Source: an uncultured Candidatus Saccharibacteria bacterium (GTDB lineage: Bacteria > Patescibacteriota > Dojkabacteria > SC72). From it: 64,000 bases of DNA. The notes below the pieces were generated by a model that had not been told where the DNA came from, searched no databases, and saw only the letters and a program-made list of their open reading frames with translations. Position 1 is the stretch's first letter. Each line of letters opens with the position of its first letter. Of the stretch, positions 9,198-18,345 are shown piece by piece. The position numbers were made by a program, and so were the translations under genes. Where the stretch lies: assembly GCA_964423025.1 (NCBI GenBank), contig CAYRDH010000001.1:2500-66499 (forward strand), read 5' to 3'.

Positions 9198-10514
9198 TTA
9201 GACTATTTTTTCTGGTACTTCTGTAAGTGCAAGTAGTAGTTGTTCTGAAGTTTTCATATTCTTAAGAAGCACTTTGTCCTTCTCTCTCTCTTCTTCCCCA
9301 ATTATGAGGACCCAGGGGATAGATTTCTTATTAGCATAGTCAAGTTGTTTAGAAAGTTTGATTTCTTCTAGTTGAACTTCTGTGTTAATTCCTTCCGCTC
9401 TCAAGAAAGAGGCTATCTTCAAGGATTCTTCAATATCCCCTTTGTCCATTAAGGTTACGAATAACTTTGTGTTGGGGGTGTATGGAGGTAAAAGATTGTA
9501 TGTTTTTAGGTAATCTAAGGTAGTAATATCTCCCCAACCTAATCCAAATGCTGGGAGTTTCTCCTCTCCAAAGATCTCTAAGAGATTGTCATACCTTCCT
9601 CCTCCAAAAAGAGCTCTAGGGTTTTTATCCCCACCAACATCAAACATCTCCATGACGGTGCCTGTGTAATAATCTAGACCTCTTACTATGTAAGGGCAGA
9701 ATTTTATATTTGTTATCTCTAATTCTTCTAGTAATGAAAAGAGCTTTAATAATTCTTCTGCACCTTTAGAATATTCTTTGATTTCTTCTAGATTATCTAA
9801 ATCCCATTGAACGAACTCCTCGAGGAGTTTAACTTGTTCGTCCCCTAGATCCAGGTCTTCAAGATACTTTAGGAACTCCGTCCTCTCTATCTTTGGGAAT
9901 ATATCTATTGCTTTTGTAATGTCACCTTTCTGCTCTTCGGAAATCTTGAGGACCTCTTCATAAAGATAATCCAATAGGTAGCGGCTACTAATTCTTAATT
10001 CATAAGTCTCTTTTGGAGCCTTAAGCTCTTGCATAACAGCCATTATGAATTGAATGATTTCTACTTCTGATGCTCTCTCCTCTACTCCTAGGATATCAAT
10101 ATTGAGTTGGAAGAATTCTCTGGTTCTGCCTCTCTGAGGTCTTTCGTATCTATAAAATCGCCCAATGTTAAAAAGTCTTAATGGAAGTCTTAATTCCTTT
10201 CTTTTGGCGGCAATGATTCTAGCTAGAGAAGGTGTCATCTCTGGTCTTATAGCTATCTCTCTTCCCCCCTTATCTACGAAGGTATAGAGTTGTTTATTAG
10301 CAAGTTCCTCTCCAGATTTTGCTTTGTAAAGGGATGCCTCTTCTACTAAGGGAGTATCATATTCCTCGTAACCAAATCTCTTTGCAACCTTCTCCCAAAT
10401 GTTAAAAAGATAGTTTCTGTAAAACATCTCTTCTGGATAACTATCTGAGGTTCCTTTGTAAGGAGAAGTACTTAATTTCATTTCTTTATTTTTATTTATA
10501 TTTTTTGTTTCCAT
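9198..10514 (-). CDS. hisS: Histidine--tRNA ligase
   Basis: Class II motifs RPEMTPSLARI, RFYRYERPQRGRTREFFQLNIDILG and GGGRYDNL, plus a C-terminal anticodon-binding domain. Confidence 0.95.
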   Translation of the reverse strand: METKNINKNKEMKLSTSPYKGTSDSYPEEMFYRNYLFNIWEKVAKRFGYEEYDTPLVEEASLYKAKSGEELANKQLYTFVDKGGREIAIRPEMTPSLARIIAAKRKELRLPLRLFNIGRFYRYERPQRGRTREFFQLNIDILGVEERASEVEIIQFIMAVMQELKAPKETYELRISSRYLLDYLYEEVLKISEEQKGDITKAIDIFPKIERTEFLKYLEDLDLGDEQVKLLEEFVQWDLDNLEEIKEYSKGAEELLKLFSLLEELEITNIKFCPYIVRGLDYYTGTVMEMFDVGGDKNPRALFGGGRYDNLLEIFGEEKLPAFGLGWGDITTLDYLKTYNLLPPYTPNTKLFVTLMDKGDIEESLKIASFLRAEGINTEVQLEEIKLSKQLDYANKKSIPWVLIIGEEEREKDKVLLKNMKTSEQLLLALTEVPEKIV

Positions 10515-10598
10515 TCAAAAATTATATCATAACCGAATTTCTTCTGTGATATCTTATTAACATTGAATAAGAGGACTAAATAGGATATATTCTAAAGT

Positions 10599-13500
10599 AT
10601 GAAATACAGCGTCGGAATAACTAACTCTAAAAAGAGAAAAAGTGCAAGAAGTTCTAGAAACTCAAGAAAATCGAAGAGTTTTTCAAAGGCTTTCAGCCCT
10701 ACTAAATTTGATAGGTTTAAGAGTTTTAAGAAGTATAGTTCTAAGAACACAAAAAAGAAGAAAAGTAAGACTAAGGCAGGTTTTAAGGCGATAGTATCAA
10801 AGGGGAAAAAAACCGCATTGAATTTGAAGGCTAAAAAAGCAGTGTATATTGGTGCTGGTGTCTTGTTCTTCTTGGGTTGTTTGGCCCTTATAGGTGTCGG
10901 GATATATCTCAAAAACTTGCAAGATTCACTACCCTCTCCAGATGAATTGGTAGAGAGATCTTCTGACCAGAGTACTCAGATACTAGATAGGGAGGGAGAG
11001 TTGTTGTATAGGGTATATGGTGACCAAAATAGAGAGTTTGTACCTTTAGATGAGATTCCTGAATACACAAAGTGGGCTGTTATCTCTGCTGAGGATATAG
11101 AATTCTATCAGCACAAGGGTATTGATTATTTTGGTATTGCACAGGCATTCTTGCAGAATCTAAGAGCAGGCGGAGTTGTTAGAGGAGGTAGTACTATTAC
11201 ACAGCAGTTGGTTAAAAGTACTATTTTGTATGATGTTTTAGGAGATGAAGCTTTTGCTCAAACTTACTCGAGAAAGATTAAGGAGGTTCTCATTACGATG
11301 CAGGTTGAGCAGAGTTTTACTAAGGATGAGATTTTGCAGATGTATATGAATGAGATTCCTCTTGGAGGGGTTAATTATGGTTTCCAGGCTGCTGCAAATT
11401 CTTATTTTGACAAGGACGTTAATGAGTTAACTCTTGCAGAGAGTGCTTTGTTAGCAGGTTTAATCCAGAGTCCCGGAGTGTACTCTCCTCTTTTTGGTTC
11501 TAACCCAGAGATGGCTGAAGAAAGGCAGGAATATGTTCTAAACCAGATGTATAGGCACAGAAAGTTAACAGGTGTTACTGAGGAGGAGATAGAGGAAGCA
11601 AGGGAAGAAGAGATGGTGTATACCTCTAAGAAGATAGATATAGATGCTCCACATTTTGTTTTCTATGTAAAACAGTTGCTTGAGGAGGAATTTGGTGTAG
11701 ATCGTGTTGAAAGAGGCGGCTTGAAAGTAACAACCTCTCTGGACTCTTCTCTACAAACAATTGCGGAGGAAGAGATTACTAAAGGTGTGGATGGTGCTAA
11801 GAGATACAACGTAAATAATGGTTCTATGGTTGTTTTGGATCCAAAGAGTGGAGAAATTCTTGCTCTGGTGGGTTCCGTGGACTACTTTAATGCAGAGGAC
11901 CCGAGGGTGGATGGTAATGTAAATATTGCAACGAGTGACAGGCAGATGGGTTCCGCTGTTAAGCCATTTGTTTATCTAAGTGCTATTAATCGTGGGTATG
12001 GTCCTTGGTTACTTACTCCAGATATCTCTGAGATATCTTTTGGAAATTATAAACCTACTAACTGGGACAAGAAATATGATGGTTTAATTACTGCCAGAAG
12101 GGCGTTGGTGCAATCTAGAAATGTTCCTGCTGTTTACACTCTTCAGTTGGCAGGGATAGATAATTTCCTTCAGACGATGGAAAAAGTTGGAGTCCCTGGT
12201 CTTGCTAGTAAGGTTGAATATGGACTGAGTTTAGGTTTAGGTTCCGGGGAGATGAAGCTTCTGGACTTTACAAATGCATATGCAACCTTGGCAAATAGTG
12301 GAGTAAGGAAAGATATTGTTCCTATTCTGAAGGTAGAAGATTCGAGGGGAGAGGTTCTTTTTGAAGTGGAAGAAAATCCTGGTACTAGGGTTATAGATGA
12401 GAAAGAGGCATACCTAGTTAACTGGATGATTTGTGACTTGGGTGGTTTCGGTGATAAGTATGGAAACCAATATTATAATGTCGCTGGCAATAAGCTTTGT
12501 GGTAAGACTGGAACAACAGATGGACCAAGGGATCTTTTGGCATTTCTTTATAACCAGAACATAGTTGTAGGTGTTTGGACTGGGAATAATAACAATGAAG
12601 ATATGCCTGGAGGTTGGTCCTCTACGGTGCCTCTACCCTTAGCTAGCTCTTTTATTAGGAGAGTTATAGAGAACTATCCTTCTACTACTTACAATCGTCC
12701 TGCAGGGATCCTGACGACCTCTGTGTGTAAGGATACAGGTGCCACTAGACCAGATGATGCTAATTGGGATTGTACTAAGGAGGCATCTTTATATATAGCA
12801 GGTCGACCTCCACAAGTGGACAGGAGAGAGGTTGTTGAAATTTGTAAGGAGAATGGTCTTATTCCAACGAATCTAGATGCTGCTGAGAAGTATGGGTTAA
12901 CAGAGAAGAAAACCTTTATAGCAAAAGAATTAGAGAACTCTCTACACCAAGAAGCATATGAGAAGTATCTTACAAAGAAGGATGATTCTACTTATATTAC
13001 ATCGAAGCCCGAATCTGGGGTTTGTCCTCTTCCACTAGGTCCTAATAATGCTCCTGTAATAGATTTGGTTAGTCCTTCAGCAGGACAGTCTGTTGTAAGA
13101 GGTAGGAATTTAGAAATTTCTGGGCAGGTTAGGTATCTTGAGAGTATTTCTAAGTTTGAGGTTAAGTTTGATGGTAGTAATATCAGTGGTGCGTCTATAA
13201 AGACAGATGGTAGTTTTGTAGTGAATTACTTTGTTCCAGAAGGAACTTCCATTGGAAACCATACAATAACGGTATTAGCAGAGGATAATTATGGCAAAAC
13301 AGATACTGAGAATGTAAGTATTAAGGTTGTGGATGCAGCCTCTGCGATTTCTGTCTCAATGACATCTCCTCTCAATGGCCAGACATTTACTCTTCCGAGT
13401 CAGTTTCCTGTTGTTTTGGTAGCCAATGTGTCTGGTGGGACCGTAGAAAAAGTTACATTCCAAATATCTCAAGTTGCGGGGTCTTATTCTAAGACTCTTA

Positions 13501-13640
13501 TAGATACTAATAGCTCAGGGGGTTGGAGTCAGAACTGGACGAAGGATGACCTGGTTACAGGTGATTATACAATAGAAGTTTCCGCGGAATCGGGAGGAGC
13601 TGCAATAATAGGGAGTCCAATAAGGGTAACTGTAAACTAA
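10599..13640 (+). CDS. Class A penicillin-binding protein (glycosyltransferase + transpeptidase) with a lysine-rich cytoplasmic tail and two C-terminal Ig-like domains
   Basis: GT51 motifs EDIEFYQHKGID and RGGSTITQQLVK. Transpeptidase motifs SAVK, SRN and KTGTT. N-terminal K/S-rich tail of about 80 aa, then a TM helix. The last ~190 aa are two beta-sandwich-like modules. Confidence 0.93.
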   Translation: MKYSVGITNSKKRKSARSSRNSRKSKSFSKAFSPTKFDRFKSFKKYSSKNTKKKKSKTKAGFKAIVSKGKKTALNLKAKKAVYIGAGVLFFLGCLALIGVGIYLKNLQDSLPSPDELVERSSDQSTQILDREGELLYRVYGDQNREFVPLDEIPEYTKWAVISAEDIEFYQHKGIDYFGIAQAFLQNLRAGGVVRGGSTITQQLVKSTILYDVLGDEAFAQTYSRKIKEVLITMQVEQSFTKDEILQMYMNEIPLGGVNYGFQAAANSYFDKDVNELTLAESALLAGLIQSPGVYSPLFGSNPEMAEERQEYVLNQMYRHRKLTGVTEEEIEEAREEEMVYTSKKIDIDAPHFVFYVKQLLEEEFGVDRVERGGLKVTTSLDSSLQTIAEEEITKGVDGAKRYNVNNGSMVVLDPKSGEILALVGSVDYFNAEDPRVDGNVNIATSDRQMGSAVKPFVYLSAINRGYGPWLLTPDISEISFGNYKPTNWDKKYDGLITARRALVQSRNVPAVYTLQLAGIDNFLQTMEKVGVPGLASKVEYGLSLGLGSGEMKLLDFTNAYATLANSGVRKDIVPILKVEDSRGEVLFEVEENPGTRVIDEKEAYLVNWMICDLGGFGDKYGNQYYNVAGNKLCGKTGTTDGPRDLLAFLYNQNIVVGVWTGNNNNEDMPGGWSSTVPLPLASSFIRRVIENYPSTTYNRPAGILTTSVCKDTGATRPDDANWDCTKEASLYIAGRPPQVDRREVVEICKENGLIPTNLDAAEKYGLTEKKTFIAKELENSLHQEAYEKYLTKKDDSTYITSKPESGVCPLPLGPNNAPVIDLVSPSAGQSVVRGRNLEISGQVRYLESISKFEVKFDGSNISGASIKTDGSFVVNYFVPEGTSIGNHTITVLAEDNYGKTDTENVSIKVVDAASAISVSMTSPLNGQTFTLPSQFPVVLVANVSGGTVEKVTFQISQVAGSYSKTLIDTNSSGGWSQNWTKDDLVTGDYTIEVSAESGGAAIIGSPIRVTVN

Positions 13641-16135
13641 ATCAGTTTTACACCATCTTCATTCTCAATCTTTTTGCTTATTCTTGAAGTCAAATCTTTT
13701 ATCTCTGAATCGTTAAGAGTCTTATTAAAATCACTAGCAGTTATTCTGTAAGTAATCCTCTTTCTTTCTTTTAATTTCTCATCTGAATATATATCTAAAC
13801 ATTCAATCTTGTACCATAGACCAGATTTCTCTAATATCTGAATAATCTCATTCTCTAATTCTTTGTATTTTATCTCTAGAGGCATTTCAAAACAGAGATC
13901 TTTTGTAAATGCTGGGTATACAGGCCTCTCTGTATATTTCTTACTAGATGGTTTAATCTTTACAAGGTCTTCTAGATTTATCTCAAAAGCCCCACTATAT
14001 TCTGGAAGCTTATGATTTTCTTTTACAGATATGTTAAGCTCCCCCACTATACCAAGCTTTACACCTCCTATAGAAATAATGCTTGATCTGTTAGGTTCAA
14101 AGATGCTTAATATGTTCTTGATGTGAGAAGGAAGATCTAGCTCTTCACTCTCTGCAATAAGATCGTATTGAATATTCTCAATCCCCAAGTATCTAAATAT
14201 CTTTTCCAAATATCTCTTTGCAATAAAATAAGCAGAGGAAGTGGTATCAACTTTAGCGTTAGCTATGAGACAACTTAGAAGCCAATTCTCAATCGGGAGT
14301 TTATTCTCTGCTACGTAGTTATTTAAATGTGCGATATTCATCTCGTACATTACAAAGGCCTCTTCTCCCCTATCTAGATTCTCTGTAGATTTTAGAAGCA
14401 GAGATTGTAATAAAGTTGTTCTCATTAATGAGAGTTCTGGTGATAGAGGATTCTGTATTTTGTAAGCAAGGTTGTTATCTAATCCACACTTTTTAAATGA
14501 GTCCATACCTACAAAGCTATAATTTACGGATTCATTTGCTCCACTATTTGAGAGTACTTCTCTAATACTTTTCTTAATTTCTACTATAGAGTTTTTATGT
14601 GGAGGTTTAATCTCTTTCGCAGGAAGCTTTACAGGAATATTGTTAAAGCCAAAAATCCTCCCAATATCTTCATAAATGTCCTCTGCAATCTCTATGTCTT
14701 TTCTCCAACTTGGGGGAGTTGCTTTTACCCATGTTTCTCTCCTCTTGTTTCTTACTTCAATTCGGTATTCTAGGTTTTTAAGGATTGTTGCTATATCTTC
14801 TATTGTAAGCTCTGTTCCTAGTATCGTGTTTATCTTCTCTGGGAAGATTGTTATTGTTGTTTCATCCTTTTCTTCATGATAGATGTCTATTATCTCGGAG
14901 GCTACTGTGGCCCAATTCTCCTCCCTTATAATCTCTGTAGCTTTTAATAATCCAGGTAAGCACTGTTTAGGATCAAGGTTTCTCTTAAATCTTGTTGCTG
15001 CTTCGGTAAATATTCCTAAGCGCATACTTGTTTTTCTAATACTTGTTTTATTAAAATTCGCAGATTCTAGTACTACCCTCTTTGTGTTTTCATCAACCTC
15101 TGTTTCTTTTCCACCAATAACTCCTGCTATTGCAATTGGGTGCGTGCTGTCTGCAATAACCATTGTCTCCTCATCTAGTGTATAGAGCTTGTCATCTAGA
15201 CCGAGGATTGTCTCTTCTGGTTGTGCCATCCTAACAGTTATATTTGCAGTATCCTTGGCATTCGGATCATTCTTTATTAGTTTGTCGTAGTCAAAGGCAT
15301 GTAGAGGTTGTCCTATTAAGACAGAGATGTAGTTGGTAATGTCTACAATATTGTTGACGGGTTTTATACCACATTTAATAAGGGTAGACTTAAGCCAAAC
15401 GGGAGATTCCTCTATTTTGACGTTATCTAGTGCTAATGCCGTATACCTAGGACAGATAGCTTCTGCATCGTTTACAACTTTAACATTCAGGCAGGTGCCC
15501 TCTGGTTTCAGCTTTTTGTCATAGGTTAGATACCAATCTGGGCTTTCAAATTTTTGTCCAAGGATTGCGGCTAATTCTCTTGCTAATCCCAGGATTCCAA
15601 AGAGGTCTCCCCTATTTGTTAATGCCTTGTTTTCGATCTCAATAACGGTGTCGTTAAGATTGTAATATTCAGCGAAAGGTTCACCTACGGGAGCATCCTC
15701 GGGTAATACCATTACTCTAGTATGGTTATTACCTAGGTTTAATTCTCTTGCAGAACCCATCATCCCATTGGAAGCTACTCCTCTAAGATTGATTTTCTTT
15801 ATTACAAAAGGCTCTTCTTCTGTAATTATACTGTAAGGGACAATGGCACCTATTTTGAGGTATGCAACTTTATTCCCAACTTCTAGGTTTTTATCTCCTG
15901 CAACAACTTGTATAGGTTCTTTCTCTCCATATTCAAGTTTGTATACACCTAATTTGTCTGCGTCAGGATGATCCTGTTTCTCAACAATCTCAGCAATCAC
16001 AATATCCTTGTAATCTTCCCTTAGGTCGTGACTGTAATCTACCTCTCCAATATGCTCCTGTATTAATTCAACAATCTTGTTGTCATCTACATTGATATCT
16101 GCAAATTTTTTCAAAAGGTTTGTACTTAATCTCAT
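13637..16135 (-). CDS. pheT: Phenylalanine--tRNA ligase beta subunit
   Basis: tRNA-binding domain (HPDADKLGVYKL), B3/4 and B5 regions, and position directly downstream of pheS. Its 3' end overlaps the convergent PBP gene by 4 nt (13637-13640). Confidence 0.93.
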   Translation of the reverse strand: MRLSTNLLKKFADINVDDNKIVELIQEHIGEVDYSHDLREDYKDIVIAEIVEKQDHPDADKLGVYKLEYGEKEPIQVVAGDKNLEVGNKVAYLKIGAIVPYSIITEEEPFVIKKINLRGVASNGMMGSARELNLGNNHTRVMVLPEDAPVGEPFAEYYNLNDTVIEIENKALTNRGDLFGILGLARELAAILGQKFESPDWYLTYDKKLKPEGTCLNVKVVNDAEAICPRYTALALDNVKIEESPVWLKSTLIKCGIKPVNNIVDITNYISVLIGQPLHAFDYDKLIKNDPNAKDTANITVRMAQPEETILGLDDKLYTLDEETMVIADSTHPIAIAGVIGGKETEVDENTKRVVLESANFNKTSIRKTSMRLGIFTEAATRFKRNLDPKQCLPGLLKATEIIREENWATVASEIIDIYHEEKDETTITIFPEKINTILGTELTIEDIATILKNLEYRIEVRNKRRETWVKATPPSWRKDIEIAEDIYEDIGRIFGFNNIPVKLPAKEIKPPHKNSIVEIKKSIREVLSNSGANESVNYSFVGMDSFKKCGLDNNLAYKIQNPLSPELSLMRTTLLQSLLLKSTENLDRGEEAFVMYEMNIAHLNNYVAENKLPIENWLLSCLIANAKVDTTSSAYFIAKRYLEKIFRYLGIENIQYDLIAESEELDLPSHIKNILSIFEPNRSSIISIGGVKLGIVGELNISVKENHKLPEYSGAFEINLEDLVKIKPSSKKYTERPVYPAFTKDLCFEMPLEIKYKELENEIIQILEKSGLWYKIECLDIYSDEKLKERKRITYRITASDFNKTLNDSEIKDLTSRISKKIENEDGVKLI

Positions 16136-16136
16136 G

Positions 16137-17174
16137 TTAAAACTGTCTTAAGAAGTTAAGGTTACTCTCTCTTAGGTGTCTAATGTCGTCTATACCTAGC
16201 TTTATCATTGCAAGTCTATCTACTCCAAAGCCCCAAGCGAAACCGGAATATACTTCGGGGTCAATACCTGCTTCTCTTAGGACATTAGGGTGTATCATTC
16301 CACAACCCATTATTTCTATCCATCCGGAGTGTCCACATGTTGAGCATCCAGTCATGTTACAGAATGGACAGCCTATTACAAATTCACAATCGGGCTCAGT
16401 GAATGGGAAGTAAGCGGGTTGTATTTTAACTTTAAGGTCTGTCTCTAGGTATCTTTCCAAATATGTCTTTATTGTCGCTATCATGTTAGATAAGGAGACG
16501 TTTTTATCAACATATACACCTTCTATCTGGTGGAATGTATGTTCGTGTCCTGCATCTGTAGCCTCATTTCTAAAGCATCTCCCAGGTAGAACTACTGCTA
16601 TTGGAGGTGGCCCAAATTTCTTTAATGCTCTATTTTGCATCGTAGAAGTATGTGCTGGTAAAACTAGACCGTCTTCTGTTCTAAAAGTGTCATACATATC
16701 TCTTGCGGGATGTCCCTTAGGGAAATTTAAGGATTGGAACATGTTGTAGTCATCATCTATCTGCCTGCTTTCTAGAATGTCAAAACCCATGCTACTGAAT
16801 ATACTTAAGAGTCTTTCAACTTCTTTGGTAAGGGGGTGTTTACTTCCTTTAAGAGAAAGCATTTCACTGTATATCTTGGAATCCTCATTGATGTCAAAGG
16901 GAGCTGTAGGGTCAATTGGGGGTTTTGAAGTATATTCCCGACTCTGTTGAATTTTTTCAGATAGAGTCTCCTCTACCGAGGTTTTTAGAGTATTTACTTC
17001 TTTTCCATATATTGGCTTTTCATTTGTAGGAATATTTGCAATCTCTTTTAATGCTTCTGTAACAAATCCCTTTTTGCCTAAGTATTTATCCTTAAGCTCT
17101 GCATAAGTTAAATTCTCTAAATCTTGGTTGAAAGAGGTTTCTATCGTGGTGAGATTTTTATGACTGTATTCCAT
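16137..17174 (-). CDS. pheS: Phenylalanine--tRNA ligase alpha subunit
   Basis: Motifs HPARDMYDTF, FRNEATDAGHEHTFHQIEG and GFAWGFGVDRLAMIKLGIDDIR. It carries the Cys-cluster insertion CPFCNMTGCSTCGHSGWIEIMGCG. Confidence 0.96.
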   Translation of the reverse strand: MEYSHKNLTTIETSFNQDLENLTYAELKDKYLGKKGFVTEALKEIANIPTNEKPIYGKEVNTLKTSVEETLSEKIQQSREYTSKPPIDPTAPFDINEDSKIYSEMLSLKGSKHPLTKEVERLLSIFSSMGFDILESRQIDDDYNMFQSLNFPKGHPARDMYDTFRTEDGLVLPAHTSTMQNRALKKFGPPPIAVVLPGRCFRNEATDAGHEHTFHQIEGVYVDKNVSLSNMIATIKTYLERYLETDLKVKIQPAYFPFTEPDCEFVIGCPFCNMTGCSTCGHSGWIEIMGCGMIHPNVLREAGIDPEVYSGFAWGFGVDRLAMIKLGIDDIRHLRESNLNFLRQF

Positions 17175-17207
17175 AATTAAAAGTATACTATATCGTTATA
17201 AAATATT

Positions 17208-17235
17208 AAACAAAAAGACCCTTTGCAGGGTCTTT
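17208..17235 (-). terminator. Intrinsic terminator/attenuator between rplT and pheS
   Basis: On the minus strand: AAAGACCCT-GCAA-AGGGTCTTT followed by TTGTTT. It sits 24 nt after the rplT stop and upstream of pheS. Confidence 0.6.
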
Positions 17236-17258
17236 AACATTTCTAAAAAGCAAAAACC

Positions 17259-17597
17259 CTACAGAGATTTAACTATAAAAGAAAATACCTCAGGGTTATT
17301 AACAGCTAAGTCAGCTAAGACTTTCCTGTTTAATTCTACTTTGTTATCTTTGAGCTTTTTAATAAGATCCTTATATTGTATGTCATTCCTTTTGCATGCG
17401 GCATTAATCTTGGTTATCCAGATTCTTCTCATCTGAGCACCTCTTTTCTGTCTGTGGTCATAAGCATATTGTCCTGCATGTAGGTATGCTTCGTGGGATA
17501 CTCTGTATAGCTTTCCTTTTGTTAATCTATATCCCTTTGTCTTATTTAAGACCTTCTTGTGTCTTCTTTTTCTTGTTGTTCCACCTTTTACTCTCAT
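17259..17597 (-). CDS. rplT: 50S ribosomal protein L20
   Basis: MRVKGGTTRKRRHKKVLNKTKGYR.. is the typical L20 N-terminus, and the gene sits in the conserved infC-rpmI-rplT context. Confidence 0.96.
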   Translation of the reverse strand: MRVKGGTTRKRRHKKVLNKTKGYRLTKGKLYRVSHEAYLHAGQYAYDHRQKRGAQMRRIWITKINAACKRNDIQYKDLIKKLKDNKVELNRKVLADLAVNNPEVFSFIVKSL

Positions 17598-17608
17598 CTT
17601 GATTAATC

Positions 17609-17821
17609 CTAGATATTAACTATTTTTCTAACTAAAGACTTCTTTATAGAACTGTCAACTTGAGCATTATCCTTCTGTCTTCTCTTTTCTCTTGCAGATT
17701 TCTTGGTTCTTAAGTGCCCTTGGTGACTCTGTTTGTATATCAATTTAGGAGCCTTATTTCCCCTAGGCTTTGATAACTTAATCCTCTTTTTTGCTGTTTT
17801 ATTTGTTTTCTGTCTAGCCAT
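17609..17821 (-). CDS. rpmI: 50S ribosomal protein L35
   Basis: Small basic protein MARQKTNKTAKKRIKLS.. positioned between infC and rplT. It overlaps the infC 3' end by 8 nt. Confidence 0.9.
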   Translation of the reverse strand: MARQKTNKTAKKRIKLSKPRGNKAPKLIYKQSHQGHLRTKKSAREKRRQKDNAQVDSSIKKSLVRKIVNI

Positions 17822-18323
17822 TTGCTTTGAATGTTATTGAAATTCTATTGCCTTCACGTTTAGGCTCGGCTTCGATACTACTATAATCGCTAAAATTAGT
17901 CAATATTTCGGCAAAAACTTCCTTAGCTAAATCCATTGGTTGTCTGCCTCTTTTTTGCATTACTAGTCTGACAGGGTGACCTTTATCTAGATACTCCTTA
18001 GCTCTCTTTACTCTGTGGTCGATATCTCCCTCGTCTATTACGGGGGAAAATCTAAACTCCTTCTGCTCCTTAGTTTTACTTTTACTTTTTCTACTCTTCT
18101 TTTTCTGCTCGTATAGGTATTTTGAGAAGTCCATTATCTTACAAACAGGAGGTTTTGCTGTAGCCCCTACCTCTACTAGGTCAAGTTGATTCTCCTTCGC
18201 AAGTTTTATTGCCTCCTCTGTTTTAACTACGCCTTGGTTTTCTCCTTCTTGATCTATTAATTGTATCTCTGGTTCTCTTATTTCTTGATTTACTCTTGGA
18301 CCTCTTGATTTTTTAAATGTCAT
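17814..18323 (-). CDS. infC: Translation initiation factor IF-3
   Basis: INQEIREPEIQLIDQEGENQGVV and the PPVCKIMDFSKYLYE motifs, in conserved context after thrS. An ordinary ATG start is available at 18323. Confidence 0.93.
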   Translation of the reverse strand: MTFKKSRGPRVNQEIREPEIQLIDQEGENQGVVKTEEAIKLAKENQLDLVEVGATAKPPVCKIMDFSKYLYEQKKKSRKSKSKTKEQKEFRFSPVIDEGDIDHRVKRAKEYLDKGHPVRLVMQKRGRQPMDLAKEVFAEILTNFSDYSSIEAEPKREGNRISITFKANG

Positions 18324-18345
18324 TTATTAATTAGATTTATTAAAA

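Noticed and set aside
16300-16400. Cys cluster (CPFCNMTGCSTCGHSGW) in PheS as a possible novel insertion.
   Set aside because: A similar CxxC..CxxC zinc-knuckle insertion before the GWIE(I/V)LG motif is a known feature of PheS in Firmicutes-type enzymes. It is not unusual.
18321-18323. infC start codon as a possible non-canonical AUU autoregulatory start.
   Set aside because: A plain ATG sits at the expected N-terminal position (MTFKKSRGPRVNQEIR..). There is no sequence reason to invoke an AUU or AUA start here.
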